The notes under the pieces: model-generated
Databases searched by the model: none
The model's input: only the letters and a program-made list of their open reading frames with translations
Told to the model about the DNA's origin: nothing
Assembly (NCBI GenBank): GCA_038520555.1
Contig: JBCBLB010000010.1
Coordinates: 1 to 36,125 of the forward strand
From: Myxococcota bacterium
Lineage (GTDB): Bacteria; Myxococcota_A; UBA796
Direction of reading: 5' to 3'
DNA: 36,125 bases
Shown: positions 1 to 9,452 of the stretch, piece after piece
Layout: the number at the start of each line of letters is the position of its first letter
Position numbering within the stretch: the first letter of the stretch is position 1
Translations under genes and position numbers: made by a program

Positions 1-849
1 CACCCGCTGCGAATCGTCGAACCCCGTATAGTTGACATAGACCTCGGGCGTGGTCGGAAAATCAGGAGTGAAGGCCATTCCCAACAAACCACCCTCAGAA
101 TTGGTCCACACCTGGTCTGAAAAGTCGAGGAACGTCCACACATCGCTCGGATCGCTGGTGTCAAAGGCGCGGACGCGACCGCCCTTCTCCAGCACATACC
201 AGCGTGACCCATCACCCGGCACCTGAAGGATCTTGGTGATCTGAGAAAACCCTGGCGCGCTGGGGAACGCGTCCTCGACGTTGACCGCGGTGTCCTGCAC
301 CGGACGCGGAGGCGCAAGGCAGGTCAGGTTCTCGGGTCGCCCGGTCAACCCCACCGCAGGATCGTCGTCGGTGATCGTGACAATTCCACGGGCGTCGCCC
401 AATGTGGCGTTCATCGGATCCCGCAGCTCGACAACGAACTGCTCCTCCTCCTCGTAGGTCGTATCATCCAGGATCTCGATGATGACGTCCTGTTCAAGTG
501 TACCTGGCGCAAAGGTCAGGGTGCCGCTGACCGAGACGAAATCCGCTTCCCCAAGCGCGGAGTCCGCTGTGGTCGTATAGTCGACGGCGACCTCTTCTTC
601 TGCCGCTTCGTTGAGCGAGATCTGGACGGTCAGGGTTCCAGCCCCCTCAACCCCAGCTGCGTCCGCGACGCTGAGCGCGCCCAGCGGAGATGTGTCCGGG
701 CCAGAATCCGGATCAGAGTCCGGATCAGAGTCTTCGTCTGGTTGGGTGTCCGGTGTCTTCGTTGTGGGCTCGCCACACGCCGTCGAGATGGCGAACAACG
801 GCATCAACATGTAGACGGGTAGAAACCACGGGATCGGGCGATACATCAT
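1..849 (-). CDS. Lipoprotein with N-terminal Calx-beta-like domain fused to a PQQ-dependent soluble sugar dehydrogenase (sGDH/YliI-type beta-propeller); C-terminus lies beyond the window start
   Basis: My own translation of the minus strand from an ATG at 849 gives MMYRPIPWFLPVYMLMPLFAISTAC (signal peptide + lipobox Cys). A D/S/P linker follows, encoded by a 12-nt repeat near 700-735. Then a Calx-beta-like segment (EEQFVVELRDPMNATLGDARGIVTITDDD). Then FSQITKILQVPGDGSRWYVLEKGGRVRAF...GGLLGMAFTPDF, which matches the conserved N-terminal blades of sGDH (GLLGFAFHPDF). The ORF runs off the window edge and is not in the supplied track. Confidence 0.75.
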   Translation of the reverse strand, partial: MMYRPIPWFLPVYMLMPLFAISTACGEPTTKTPDTQPDEDSDPDSDPDSGPDTSPLGALSVADAAGVEGAGTLTVQISLNEAAEEEVAVDYTTTADSALGEADFVSVSGTLTFAPGTLEQDVIIEILDDTTYEEEEQFVVELRDPMNATLGDARGIVTITDDDPAVGLTGRPENLTCLAPPRPVQDTAVNVEDAFPSAPGFSQITKILQVPGDGSRWYVLEKGGRVRAFDTSDPSDVWTFLDFSDQVWTNSEGGLLGMAFTPDFPTTPEVYVNYTGFDDSQRV

Positions 850-1161
850 TCGTTTCTCCACAACCCGAGGATACCACGGCGCGACGCAAGGATAAGACCC
901 GCAACCAGGAGACATACGCCCGCAGCCGGTTTCTGCGCTCTAAGACGATCGAGACAACCCGTGGATCTTCCCGTTGGGCAGCCCACACAGATGGTTGCTG
1001 CCGGTTCGACGCATACACATGATGGCAAAGCGCTGTGCGGCCATTCGCTCCTCGCGTTTGCCACCGATTCGGAGCCCGCCGTCACCTTGAGCGCGATGTT
1101 GTGAACCACATTCAAGGCCCCTTTTGAACGGGGTCTTCAGATGGGTATTGTCTGTATCTGC

Positions 1162-3141
1162 TCATCCTGCAGAGGCCGAGGGACCGCTGGGACGACCTCC
1201 GCCACCGCCGACGGTTCCGTTGGGTTGAACCGTGAGGGTGACCAGCCCGCGAAGGATCTGCTTGAAGTTTCGTGGGCGTGACCAGTCGCTGATGCTGTCG
1301 GGGATCGGGGCGATGGTGTAGCTGTTGATGGTGACCGTCCCTCCGGCGTCCGGCGCGAGGCCGTGCCCCATCGCTCGGTAGCTGTGGCGGACGGTGCCCA
1401 CTGTGCCGGTGTGGTGGCCTGCCTGGCCGGTCCTTCGCCCGCCGTACCAGTCTGCTGTGGTACCGATCAGCGCCATCGCGTCGCTCTCGATTTCGGCGCG
1501 AGCCTGGAGGATGGCCTCGTCAGAGTCGTGGAAGATCGCCCCCGGATCGTAGCCCAACCGATTCTCGCCCTCCGTGAAGACGCCGAGGTTCTCCAGATAC
1601 GACTCGGCTTGATCGATGTTGTCCAGTTTTTTGCCTTTCTGACTGGCCATCCACCGAATGGCGATGTCCTGCTCGATCTTGCGGGAGCTGACCACGCCGA
1701 GTTTGGTGCTGATCTGCACGCTGTTGGCCGCAGCAGTGGTCGACAGACTGGCACCCGAGCAGGCGGAGACCGCAGCGATGGCCGGACCGACAGAGGCGAC
1801 CAGCGCGTCAATCTCTGCAGCCTTGGCGCTCTCTCTGGCGTTGCGGACCTCTCCAGCCACGACGTTGAACAAGAAGTCGAGGTGCGCGTCGACGATGTTG
1901 TTCATCTGGGTGAGCTGGCTGTTGCTCTTGACCATGTTGAGACCGCTGTTGATGATTTGATTCGCGAAGCTGGACCACGGCACCGGCCCGCCCTGGCCCG
2001 GCGCGGTGGGATCGCCGCCGCCGCCGCCGGGTGCGGGCGCGCCCGGCCCCTTGGCCGCGCTGATGGCCGTCGAGGCTTTTTCAATCTTACCGAGGACATC
2101 CGTACAAACCTTGAGAGCCGCCGCAGCGAGCGGAGACGCTGCCCCAAGCGCCGTGTTGAACATGATGTTGAGGACCTTGTTCTGGTCTCCGGCCTGTGCG
2201 GCCGCAGCGCCGACGCCGTTGCTGAACCGCTCCAACGCTGCATTGTATTTCGTCTCGAAGGCGTCCATGTATTTCTGGATGCCCTGGTAGGAGGTCAGCG
2301 CTGCCGAGTAGTTGGCGTTGAGGGTGCTGCTCACCGTGCTGATCATGCTCTTCAGGGGGTGAAGAGCGTCTTTGGCGTGGGTCGCCCAGAGCTTGTCTTC
2401 TTCTTGGATGTCTGGGTCTTCAGATTGAGGACCCGGCCCGGAGTCTTCTTCCATTTCATGTTGAATCGGGCGGCCTTGTCTCGTTGAAGCGGATTGCGCC
2501 TCCGGTACAGCATATCGGTCGAGGAGATCCTCCGCAGACTTGCCTTGAACCACCCGATCCGCCACAGCGTCGGCGTGCTGTTCGTGGACATCCCCTGCTG
2601 CGCCGACCCCATCGTTGACCGAAACGCCACCGCGTTGTTGGACCACGTGCGCGGCCTCATGTGCGGCAGTATGCAGATCGGGGCTGCCTTTGAACGCAAT
2701 CGCGTCCCCTGTCGCGTATGCCTTTGAACCCATCGATTGGTTGGCCTGCTCCGCTGCACCGCCGATGTGGCTGTCAATGCCAGAGACGTCGTGGTCCCCG
2801 AAGGCGTGCTGAATGGTTTCCATGAACGGCAGGGCGCCCGACGCCCCGGCAATGCCAGCCTGCGCGGCCTGATGGATAGCGTCCGTCTTTTGTCTGCCCT
2901 GTCGCTTTTGTTGAATCGGCGCAGTGCTGTCCAGAAAAGACGTCATGCGCCCATCAAACGAAACCGGGTCTTCTGAGACGCTCTCAGCGGAGCCCATCTG
3001 GTCGCGCAGCCTGTGTTGGATCGCTGCATTGCCCAGCAGCTGCTGCGAACGCTGCACCCCAGACGGGAGGACCTGTGGTTCGTTCATCGGCAGCGATTCG
3101 CGGTCCCGGGATTGTGCAGACGCTCTCTTGAAGGTGTTCAT
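1162..3141 (-). CDS. DUF4157 (zincin-like HExxHxxQ) domain protein, polymorphic toxin / eCIS-effector-like, with Gly/Pro linker and unrecognised ~300-aa C-terminal domain
   Basis: Track ORF 1162..3330 trimmed to the ATG at 3141 (MNTFKRAS...), which is preceded by AGAGGGA 5 nt upstream. The upstream 60 codons are R/W/C-rich and lack an RBS. The motif [15 protein letters not shown] is the hallmark of DUF4157. A G/P-rich linker ([22 protein letters not shown]) precedes an unassigned C-terminal domain. Confidence 0.8.
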   Translation of the reverse strand: MNTFKRASAQSRDRESLPMNEPQVLPSGVQRSQQLLGNAAIQHRLRDQMGSAESVSEDPVSFDGRMTSFLDSTAPIQQKRQGRQKTDAIHQAAQAGIAGASGALPFMETIQHAFGDHDVSGIDSHIGGAAEQANQSMGSKAYATGDAIAFKGSPDLHTAAHEAAHVVQQRGGVSVNDGVGAAGDVHEQHADAVADRVVQGKSAEDLLDRYAVPEAQSASTRQGRPIQHEMEEDSGPGPQSEDPDIQEEDKLWATHAKDALHPLKSMISTVSSTLNANYSAALTSYQGIQKYMDAFETKYNAALERFSNGVGAAAAQAGDQNKVLNIMFNTALGAASPLAAAALKVCTDVLGKIEKASTAISAAKGPGAPAPGGGGGDPTAPGQGGPVPWSSFANQIINSGLNMVKSNSQLTQMNNIVDAHLDFLFNVVAGEVRNARESAKAAEIDALVASVGPAIAAVSACSGASLSTTAAANSVQISTKLGVVSSRKIEQDIAIRWMASQKGKKLDNIDQAESYLENLGVFTEGENRLGYDPGAIFHDSDEAILQARAEIESDAMALIGTTADWYGGRRTGQAGHHTGTVGTVRHSYRAMGHGLAPDAGGTVTINSYTIAPIPDSISDWSRPRNFKQILRGLVTLTVQPNGTVGGGGGRPSGPSASAG

Positions 3142-3370
3142 CAGGTCCCTCTGCAAAGTCGGTGGGGGCTTGATCGCAGCGCTCACCATCGGTGGGCATC
3201 GCGATCGGCACACGGTGTGAGCCCATCTCCAGCAAAACCTGTTCCACCTTGAAATCGCCTGAAAATTACGTTTCACCCCCAGAGTCCGGGGGCGCGCCCC
3301 ACCAGGGGGGCGGTCGCGCCCCGCGACCACCTCAACGATCAGCAGGGACGACTGCTACCGGTAAACGCTT

Positions 3371-3402
3371 TGGTGTCACTTCCTGGGGCGAGTGGTGTCA
3401 CT
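3371..3402. promoter_or_regulatory. Direct repeat TGGTGTCACT x2 spaced 22 bp (two helical turns) upstream of lipoprotein gene 3431
   Basis: Exact 10-mer at 3371-3380 and 3393-3402, within the divergent toxin/lipoprotein intergenic region. Confidence 0.2.
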
Positions 3403-3430
3403 ACAGGTACATCGAACAACGAGGTGCAAG

Positions 3431-3913
3431 ATGACGAAGAAGCTGCTGGTGCTCTCTGCTCTGCTGTGTGTCGCTTGCGGTGGGCCGACGTCGTCGGCTC
3501 CGCCCGAGGTGGCGCCGGAGTGCGCAGATGAAGGGGCTGAACATGTCGAGAGCCAGGTGTTGGTGTACGGTGGCACCCACGCGGACATCTCGTTTGAGAC
3601 GAGCCGGATCGACAACACTGCGGACTATGAGGCGGCGCTGGAGGAGATGGGCGCCCTGAGCCCACACACGATCGACTTCACGGCGCATCATGTCCTGGTG
3701 ACGGCGATCGAGGGCGAGGGGTGCGAGTACATCTGGATGGACGAGGGCGAGCGCCCGGAGCTGTTTCGCCTGGACGGGGGCGAGCTGCTGGCGCAGGTGC
3801 CCATCGCCATGTCGACCAGGAACTGCCAGACGAGGGGACAGCTGCTGACGATGATGTTCACGATCCCCGCAGAGGAGGCCGGAGAGATCCAGGACACCTG
3901 CGCCTTGCGATAA
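3431..3913 (+). CDS. Small secreted/lipoprotein, hypothetical
   Basis: ATG at 3431 with GAGGTG 4-5 nt upstream. MTKKLLVLSALLCVACGG is a signal peptide with a Cys pair. Balanced amino-acid composition. The track ORF begins at an upstream GTG (3392) that lacks an RBS. Confidence 0.6.
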   Translation: MTKKLLVLSALLCVACGGPTSSAPPEVAPECADEGAEHVESQVLVYGGTHADISFETSRIDNTADYEAALEEMGALSPHTIDFTAHHVLVTAIEGEGCEYIWMDEGERPELFRLDGGELLAQVPIAMSTRNCQTRGQLLTMMFTIPAEEAGEIQDTCALR

Positions 3914-4147
3914 GCCTGGCCCAAACAGACGAAACGTTCAGGAGAAGCGCTCAGGAGAATGTCGTGGATCTGAGGTTGCACGATGAGGTCACGGAGGGCG
4001 CGACCCCGACCGCGGTCGTGTGATGGGTGCCGCCCCGATAGACACGGCCACTTCATGGCGCGGACGAGGCTGTCACTCTCTGGGCTGCCAATGGTCACCG
4101 AGTTATGCCATATTCAGCGTCCATATTGCCATCAAGAGAGGTACGCC

Positions 4148-4879
4148 GTGAGCACGCTGACATTGCTGACCGAGAGTGTATTCGTGACCCAGAGCCGTGA
4201 TTACTCCGGCGAGCCGGAGTTTCGTATCCAGGGGGCGATTGAACCTGGTGACGCCAACTGGGCGGATATCGAAGTGAAGATGGTCGCCCTGAACGCGAGC
4301 GGGGCCGTCCTCACGTCGGAATATGAGTCGATCGAAGTGGAAAAAATCGTCGAAGGGAAGGCTTTTTTTGAGATCACTGCCTCCCTGCATCCGCGCATTG
4401 CAGAGACGGTGCAGACGCTTCACATCTGGGTGAACGGACAACACAAACAATCATTCGCAGAGTGGACGTTCACCGTTCAGGACATCCCGCCCCCGCCACA
4501 TGGTGGGCAGTCTTTCCGAACCACCGATGGCCTCACCCTGCTGCGGAACCCCGCAGACCGAGACGGGGACATCAACCTGGACGCCTTCTGTATCTTCACG
4601 TTCGGCGAAGCGGTGCGGAGGCGGACAGAGTTGATCTTGATCGCTCGCAACGCAGACGGCGAGTCGATCTTCGTCGACGCCAACCGCGCTGATGACACCG
4701 CCTATCTGGATGATGCCATCGTCTTTGAAGAGTCCTACCGGCTCCGGCAGGCATGGACACCCCAGGTCGCCACCTTTGTCGTCCAGCTCTCTGCAGAGGT
4801 CGTCGTCAACAGCGCAACGCTTCAGGTCTCGATCGATGAGGTCATCGATCTCTCGCCGGATTCAGACAGCGAAGAATAA
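4148..4879 (+). CDS. Hypothetical protein (no recognisable domain)
   Basis: GTG at 4148 preceded by AGAGAGG with a 6-nt spacer. The track ORF from 3983 starts in an Arg-rich stretch that reads like non-coding sequence. The C-terminus is acidic (DLSPDSDSEE). Confidence 0.5.
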   Translation: MSTLTLLTESVFVTQSRDYSGEPEFRIQGAIEPGDANWADIEVKMVALNASGAVLTSEYESIEVEKIVEGKAFFEITASLHPRIAETVQTLHIWVNGQHKQSFAEWTFTVQDIPPPPHGGQSFRTTDGLTLLRNPADRDGDINLDAFCIFTFGEAVRRRTELILIARNADGESIFVDANRADDTAYLDDAIVFEESYRLRQAWTPQVATFVVQLSAEVVVNSATLQVSIDEVIDLSPDSDSEE

Positions 4880-4912
4880 AAGAAGCCGACATCGCAGCGT
4901 CGTGACGTTGAA

Positions 4913-4934
4913 GGTGCCGTGGCTGAGGGCACCA
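4913..4934. terminator. Weak hairpin GGTGCC-n10-GGCACC between convergent genes (no U-tract)
   Basis: 6-bp inverted repeat at 4913-4918 and 4929-4934. Not followed by a T-run, so at best a bidirectional or RNA-stability hairpin. Confidence 0.15.
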
Positions 4935-4963
4935 GCTTCGATTGTGTCGGAAAATAGCAACCT

Positions 4964-5413
4964 TCAGCCTGATGTGAGCGCAGACAGCCACGCCCGCAAC
5001 GCAGGCTGGAGTGCAGGATCTCTCAACGTGGTTGCGATGTCTGTTCGCATGAGCGGCACCTCGGGTCGCCCGGCCGCGTCCATGGACGGCTCCCCGAGCC
5101 CATAGCGTCGGACCGCGCCGCTGTCGGGATACACCACGAACACCTCTTCTGGCGTGGGGAAGCAATGGAAAGAGCAGAACCAGTCCCGGAGCGCCGCGCT
5201 CGCTTCAGGGAGCCGTTGTGCGATGAATTCATCGCGACTCAACATGGCATGCACCTGGTCATACTGGTCTTTTCGATCGATATCATACAGGCAGTATCGT
5301 GCAGCGCGTGGATCGTAGACCCAACCATGCTCTCCCCATTGATCGGCGTAAAAAAGATGCTGGGGAAACCGTGACAGGTTCCAGAACAGCTCAAGTGGGA
5401 GGGTGTCAGACAT
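4964..5413 (-). CDS. Hypothetical cytoplasmic protein
   Basis: 149-aa ORF with ordinary composition (W/Y/F/D-rich, not Arg/Ala-biased). Convergent with 4148..4879; a weak hairpin lies between them. Confidence 0.5.
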   Translation of the reverse strand: MSDTLPLELFWNLSRFPQHLFYADQWGEHGWVYDPRAARYCLYDIDRKDQYDQVHAMLSRDEFIAQRLPEASAALRDWFCSFHCFPTPEEVFVVYPDSGAVRRYGLGEPSMDAAGRPEVPLMRTDIATTLRDPALQPALRAWLSALTSG

Positions 5414-5576
5414 GTCTGCAAGTATGACGCATCGACACGGGGACAGGGCGCGACCCCACCTGTGGGTGGGCGCGACCCCCTGTGCAGACCGGGCAGGTCG
5501 GTGCGTTGACTGCTTGTGACCTGGTACAGAGATTGCTTGGTGAGAGGGCGCACCTTCCGTCCAAGGACGTCACCTC

Positions 5577-6122
5577 ATGTTCATCACCGTGTTCCTCTTC
5601 CTACAAACCACGCTGGCCGCTGATTCTGCCGGGGATATCTCTGATGTGGACTCCCTATCTGCGCTTGATCCCAGCGTTCGAGGTGAGTTTGTCATCAATC
5701 ACCTCGCTGATCCGTCCCCGACACCGTGGCGGGTCCTCGAAGTGAACGTGACCCTGAGTTCCTGGGAGGTGTTATCGATTCGAGAAGTCATCGAGCCCGA
5801 TCCAGAGCCATGGTTCATCGCTACCATCGGCCACGCGCTGGTGTTGCTCAATCTCACGGACACTGAAGAGATCGAAGGCGGTCTTCGTGGCCTCTATACA
5901 CCAATGCTCTACGAGGTCCCGACATCGTTTATCAGTCAACAGGTCGTCTTGTTTGACGTCGATGGAGATGACACCAAAGAACTGGTGCTCTTCGATGAAG
6001 AAGCACAGACAGCAGTCGTGTACGATGTCCGCTCTAAGGAAACCGTCACCAACGCAGACAACATCCGTGAGTCCCTCTCCGGGGAAGAGGCCGCGAGCCT
6101 GATTGCAAGCATCTCTCTCTGA
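5577..6122 (+). CDS. Secreted hypothetical protein
   Basis: N-terminal signal peptide MFITVFLFLQTTLAADSAG. Acidic mature protein. AAGGA lies 10 nt upstream of the ATG. Confidence 0.55.
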   Translation: MFITVFLFLQTTLAADSAGDISDVDSLSALDPSVRGEFVINHLADPSPTPWRVLEVNVTLSSWEVLSIREVIEPDPEPWFIATIGHALVLLNLTDTEEIEGGLRGLYTPMLYEVPTSFISQQVVLFDVDGDDTKELVLFDEEAQTAVVYDVRSKETVTNADNIRESLSGEEAASLIASISL

Positions 6123-6229
6123 ATCGATCGCTTGATGCAGGTTCTTCATTCAGTGTTCGGTGGGCGGCTGTGAGTTGACCACGAAGGGTTGGCTGAAGAC
6201 GAGATCATCATCGAGATACGCTGAGCGTC

Positions 6230-6604
6230 CTATCGAGTCCAGGTCGGGGTGAAGCGTTCATTGTCGGTATGGCCCTCAGCGTTAAATCGAACTGGGGGCC
6301 CGAAGGATAAATCCAGCGCGCACTCGATCGCCTGGCCCTGGTGAATGGCGTGGCACCCTTCCAGCGCTGCGCCGGTGCGATCGAGGTGACGGACCCACCC
6401 CAGGCGGACATCCACGATCGACGTCCACCTTGAGGTCTGCACGAGGTACCGTTGGGGAGGCGCGAGCGCTTGCACCCATCCTGCGTCTGCGTCTTCTTCG
6501 AGCAGCGCAAACACAGCAGGATGATCCTGGCGCGAGCGCTGCGCCCCTGGTGGCCAGGGTGGGGGCTGAGGGGTGCAGGCCAGAAACCAGAGCAGTGACT
6601 TCAT
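6230..6604 (-). CDS. Small secreted/lipoprotein-like hypothetical protein
   Basis: MKSLLWFLAC... is a signal peptide with Cys. It sits 31 nt downstream of and co-oriented with 6636..7331. W/P-rich; weak support. Confidence 0.35.
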   Translation of the reverse strand: MKSLLWFLACTPQPPPWPPGAQRSRQDHPAVFALLEEDADAGWVQALAPPQRYLVQTSRWTSIVDVRLGWVRHLDRTGAALEGCHAIHQGQAIECALDLSFGPPVRFNAEGHTDNERFTPTWTR

Positions 6605-6635
6605 GCGCCTGTTTTATCCAGGCCCAGGGAAAAGA

Positions 6636-7331
6636 TCAGACCGCAGACGAGAGCAGGAGCACGCTGACCCTGCCGTTGCTGGTATTCTCAATGCGGAAGG
6701 GCTGGCCGGGTTGGATGTCGGCGCTCTGCCCGGCAGAAATCTCGTGCTGGTTTCCAGCGAGATGAAGCGTCACTGTGTTGAAGAAGATTTGGATATGCAT
6801 CGGAGACCGCTGGTTGATGTGGTCTCCCAACGCTTCACCTGGTTCGAGATCCACATTCCACCGGAATACGTCTCCGATGCGGTGGTGTCCGTTGAGATGG
6901 TGGGTCTTTCCCCCTTCCATTTTACCGGCGACGTCCATCATCTTCTTGAAGCCACCCCAGCCGACATGGTGAAGAATCCAGATCGCGGTCGGGTAGGTGA
7001 ACCGGTGTTTTGTGGTGTCGGTCATCAGCGGGGCTGCGCCGCGAGCGATACGGGCCCGGTTCTCTGTTTCGAGTTTTTTCCAGTTCTGGACGGCTTTTTC
7101 TTCTTCGAACACTGACAGGAAGGGAAAACAATCGCCGCTTTGGTGAGCAATGACAACCGGCCCGACGCCCACGAGGTACCTGAGTTCATCGGTCTGGATG
7201 AACACGCTGGACTCACAGATCAACACGGAACACCCTGGGTATTTCGAAGTGATCGAGATCTTCTCAAGGTGGGCGTGGGGGTATCGCCTCATGAATTGTG
7301 TGGCCGCAAGGTTGATATTCGAGTGTGGCAT
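6636..7331 (-). CDS. Hypothetical protein; faint resemblance to YfcE/MJ0936-type metallophosphoesterase fold (GHHR...PGE resembles GHTH...NPGS) but N-terminal DxH motif not evident
   Basis: 231-aa ORF co-oriented downstream of 7471..9198 with a 140-bp gap. Motifs IAHQSGD, ILHHVGWGG and NGHHRIGDVFRWNVDLEPGE are in the order expected for a calcineurin-like fold. The match is uncertain. Confidence 0.45.
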   Translation of the reverse strand: MPHSNINLAATQFMRRYPHAHLEKISITSKYPGCSVLICESSVFIQTDELRYLVGVGPVVIAHQSGDCFPFLSVFEEEKAVQNWKKLETENRARIARGAAPLMTDTTKHRFTYPTAIWILHHVGWGGFKKMMDVAGKMEGGKTHHLNGHHRIGDVFRWNVDLEPGEALGDHINQRSPMHIQIFFNTVTLHLAGNQHEISAGQSADIQPGQPFRIENTSNGRVSVLLLSSAV

Positions 7332-7470
7332 GGGAACCTGTTTTCATGAGCATCGTCCCATACTCCTTATCAAGGCATCCCTGCGGCTGAATGACGCTGC
7401 GCTGGGTTGCGGTGAACGGAACATCGATCGGCTTCCCGGCCACCCTGACGCGCCAACCGACGGCGCTGTG

Positions 7471-9198
7471 TCAACGCATAGACCTGGCCAACTTGTCGCG
7501 CTGCTTGCATGCGAGCGCGTCCCCGCGCTCGCATGCCTCGTCGATGAGGCTGAGGCCACGCTGAGGGTCGTCGATCTTGGCGGTCAGCTTGCACAACCGG
7601 TCATCGTTCTTGAACGCATCGTTGATGTCGTAGTCGTCACCCGTTTTCCTGGTGATGAAGTCGACGACCTGCTGGCAGCGAGCCTGGTCGAGCTGGGTCG
7701 CGCCAGCCAACAGGCAGGTCGCCGTGACGCCACCGTGGCAGGCATGCTCCAGGTATCGGCTGGCCTTCAGAGCGCGCTCGTTGGTCGAGAAGTGGTTGAT
7801 GACGACATCCTGATAGACGAACTGATCGGCGAGGGTGACGCAGGACTTTGCAGCCCCCTGCCGACACGCCCGGCCAGCGATGCGATCCATACGCTCAGGG
7901 TCGGCGTCGACGCGGAACAGGTGATCGATGTCCAGCTCGTCGTCGGGATCGCCTTCGCTGTCATACAGCCCCAGGCCGTAGGCATCGATCACAGAGACAC
8001 AGCCATACGACTCACCGCCCTGGCAGCCCTTCTCCATATACGCCAGATAGTCTGAGGTCTCATATCCTTCGGCGTAGATGCGATCGTTGGCGACCGGGAC
8101 CGCCAGACCGGAGATGGTGCAGGCGTTGGCCTCACCGGCTGCGCACGCGGCGTTCATCTTCTCGACGAGGTTGCGCAGATCGGCCTTGATGTCCGCGGGT
8201 TTGCTGGCGAGGAGCGTGTCCGGATCGACGTAGGTGCGCAACAGGTAGCCCGCATAGCGGCCGCAACTGGCCTCCGAGCCGGCCTGACACTGCTCTTTAC
8301 ATTCGATGGGCTCGTCTTTGTTACAGAGGTAGTTGCTCACCTCGTTGGGGCGGGCGCAGCGATCGTCGGCGTAGACGAAGCCGTCCGGGCACCCGCGCGC
8401 ATCCGCTGCGCCTGCGCCGTAGCCGGTCTTGCCGCCGATTGGCACGAGGTTGACGCGAAGCATCGCCGCACATCCGCCAGGAGGACGGCTGGCGTTGGCG
8501 TTGGCGGACGCACAGGCCGAGACGTTGCCATCGGTGACCCGACTGGCAGAGCTGCTGGAGACGTCGCCGCTTGCCCCCCCGACCCCCAGCACCTTCACGG
8601 CGGCCCGGCCCGAGCCAGCAGCGGCGGTGTCCATGACGAAGGCGCCGACATAGGCCCGGTTGACGATATGGGTCGCCCCCACGCACGTCCCCTCCAGCCC
8701 AGAGGTCGGCACCGCGTTGACCGCGCTCGCCTGCATGCCGACCATCATGTACGCCAGGTTGAGGCTGCGTCCCTGCTGCAGCTCCGCAGACATCTTCGCC
8801 GGCAGGGTCGGCAAGCCACCGAAGTTGGCCCGCATAGAAGCGGTGTCGTTCATCTCGACGATCTGGGTCTTCGGGGAGAGGCCAACGTAGCTATAACCGC
8901 CGTCCACATGGCAGTTGGACAGCACCTCAATGCCCGCGCAGCTGTAGCGAACGACCGCCGCGCCAGAACGCATCGCGACCTCCAGGTCTGCCCGAGCCGT
9001 GTCGCTCCAGTCCGCGATAAACGGGCTCGTCTCCCCACGGAGGGCGCTCTCTGTGCATGCCGCTTCCCCCAGGGCATCTGAGGCTGAACGATCGTCTGGG
9101 CGAACCGCATCGCCCGCACGCCCGGCCCAGCCTTGAACGCTCCACCCCACTGCCATGACGACTGCTGCCACGAGCAACACGTGTGCCTTGTTCCGCAT
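7471..9198 (-). CDS. Secreted protein with C-terminal Sel1/Hcp-like Cys-pair helical repeats
   Basis: ATG at 9198 preceded by GGAGGT (4-nt spacer). Signal peptide MRNKAHVLLVAAVVMAVGWSVQGWA. C-terminal half has repeated A-C-x(6-8)-C units (ACAAGEANAC, GCQGGESYGC, ACRQGAAKSC, ACHGGVTATC, ACERGDALAC) typical of Sel1-like/Helicobacter cysteine-rich protein repeats. Confidence 0.75.
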   Translation of the reverse strand: MRNKAHVLLVAAVVMAVGWSVQGWAGRAGDAVRPDDRSASDALGEAACTESALRGETSPFIADWSDTARADLEVAMRSGAAVVRYSCAGIEVLSNCHVDGGYSYVGLSPKTQIVEMNDTASMRANFGGLPTLPAKMSAELQQGRSLNLAYMMVGMQASAVNAVPTSGLEGTCVGATHIVNRAYVGAFVMDTAAAGSGRAAVKVLGVGGASGDVSSSSASRVTDGNVSACASANANASRPPGGCAAMLRVNLVPIGGKTGYGAGAADARGCPDGFVYADDRCARPNEVSNYLCNKDEPIECKEQCQAGSEASCGRYAGYLLRTYVDPDTLLASKPADIKADLRNLVEKMNAACAAGEANACTISGLAVPVANDRIYAEGYETSDYLAYMEKGCQGGESYGCVSVIDAYGLGLYDSEGDPDDELDIDHLFRVDADPERMDRIAGRACRQGAAKSCVTLADQFVYQDVVINHFSTNERALKASRYLEHACHGGVTATCLLAGATQLDQARCQQVVDFITRKTGDDYDINDAFKNDDRLCKLTAKIDDPQRGLSLIDEACERGDALACKQRDKLARSMR

Positions 9199-9452
9199 CC
9201 GCTACCTCCGCGATTCTCTCCACACGTATGGGAACAGAGCCCACATGCAGAACGGCTTTGACGCCCACCCTGCTGGTTTTGACACCCAGGCTCAACGTGA
9301 CACAGCGGATCTGGCCAGGTAGCTGAGGGTTGGATCATGAACGCGCTCTGCCGAGCGTCTGCCGACGCAGAAATTGCGATCGAGAGGATGTCCCTCGATA
9401 AAGACAGAACCGATGAAAACAGAGACATTGCTCTCGCTCTTTATATAAATAT

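Noticed and set aside
1363-2487. 374-aa plus-strand ORF overlapping the DUF4157 gene
   Set aside because: It is antisense to a gene with a recognisable domain and has an Arg/Ala/Gly/Val-rich composition typical of shadow frames in high-GC DNA. No RBS.
3983-4147. N-terminal 55 codons of track ORF 3983..4879 (MRSRRARPRPRSCDGCRPDRHG...)
   Set aside because: Arg/Pro-rich with no RBS. An internal GTG at 4148 has a good AGAGAGG RBS, so the gene was trimmed.
7150-8055. 301-aa plus-strand ORF
   Set aside because: Overlaps two well-supported minus-strand genes (Sel1-like protein with RBS and signal peptide; 6636..7331). Low-complexity translation.
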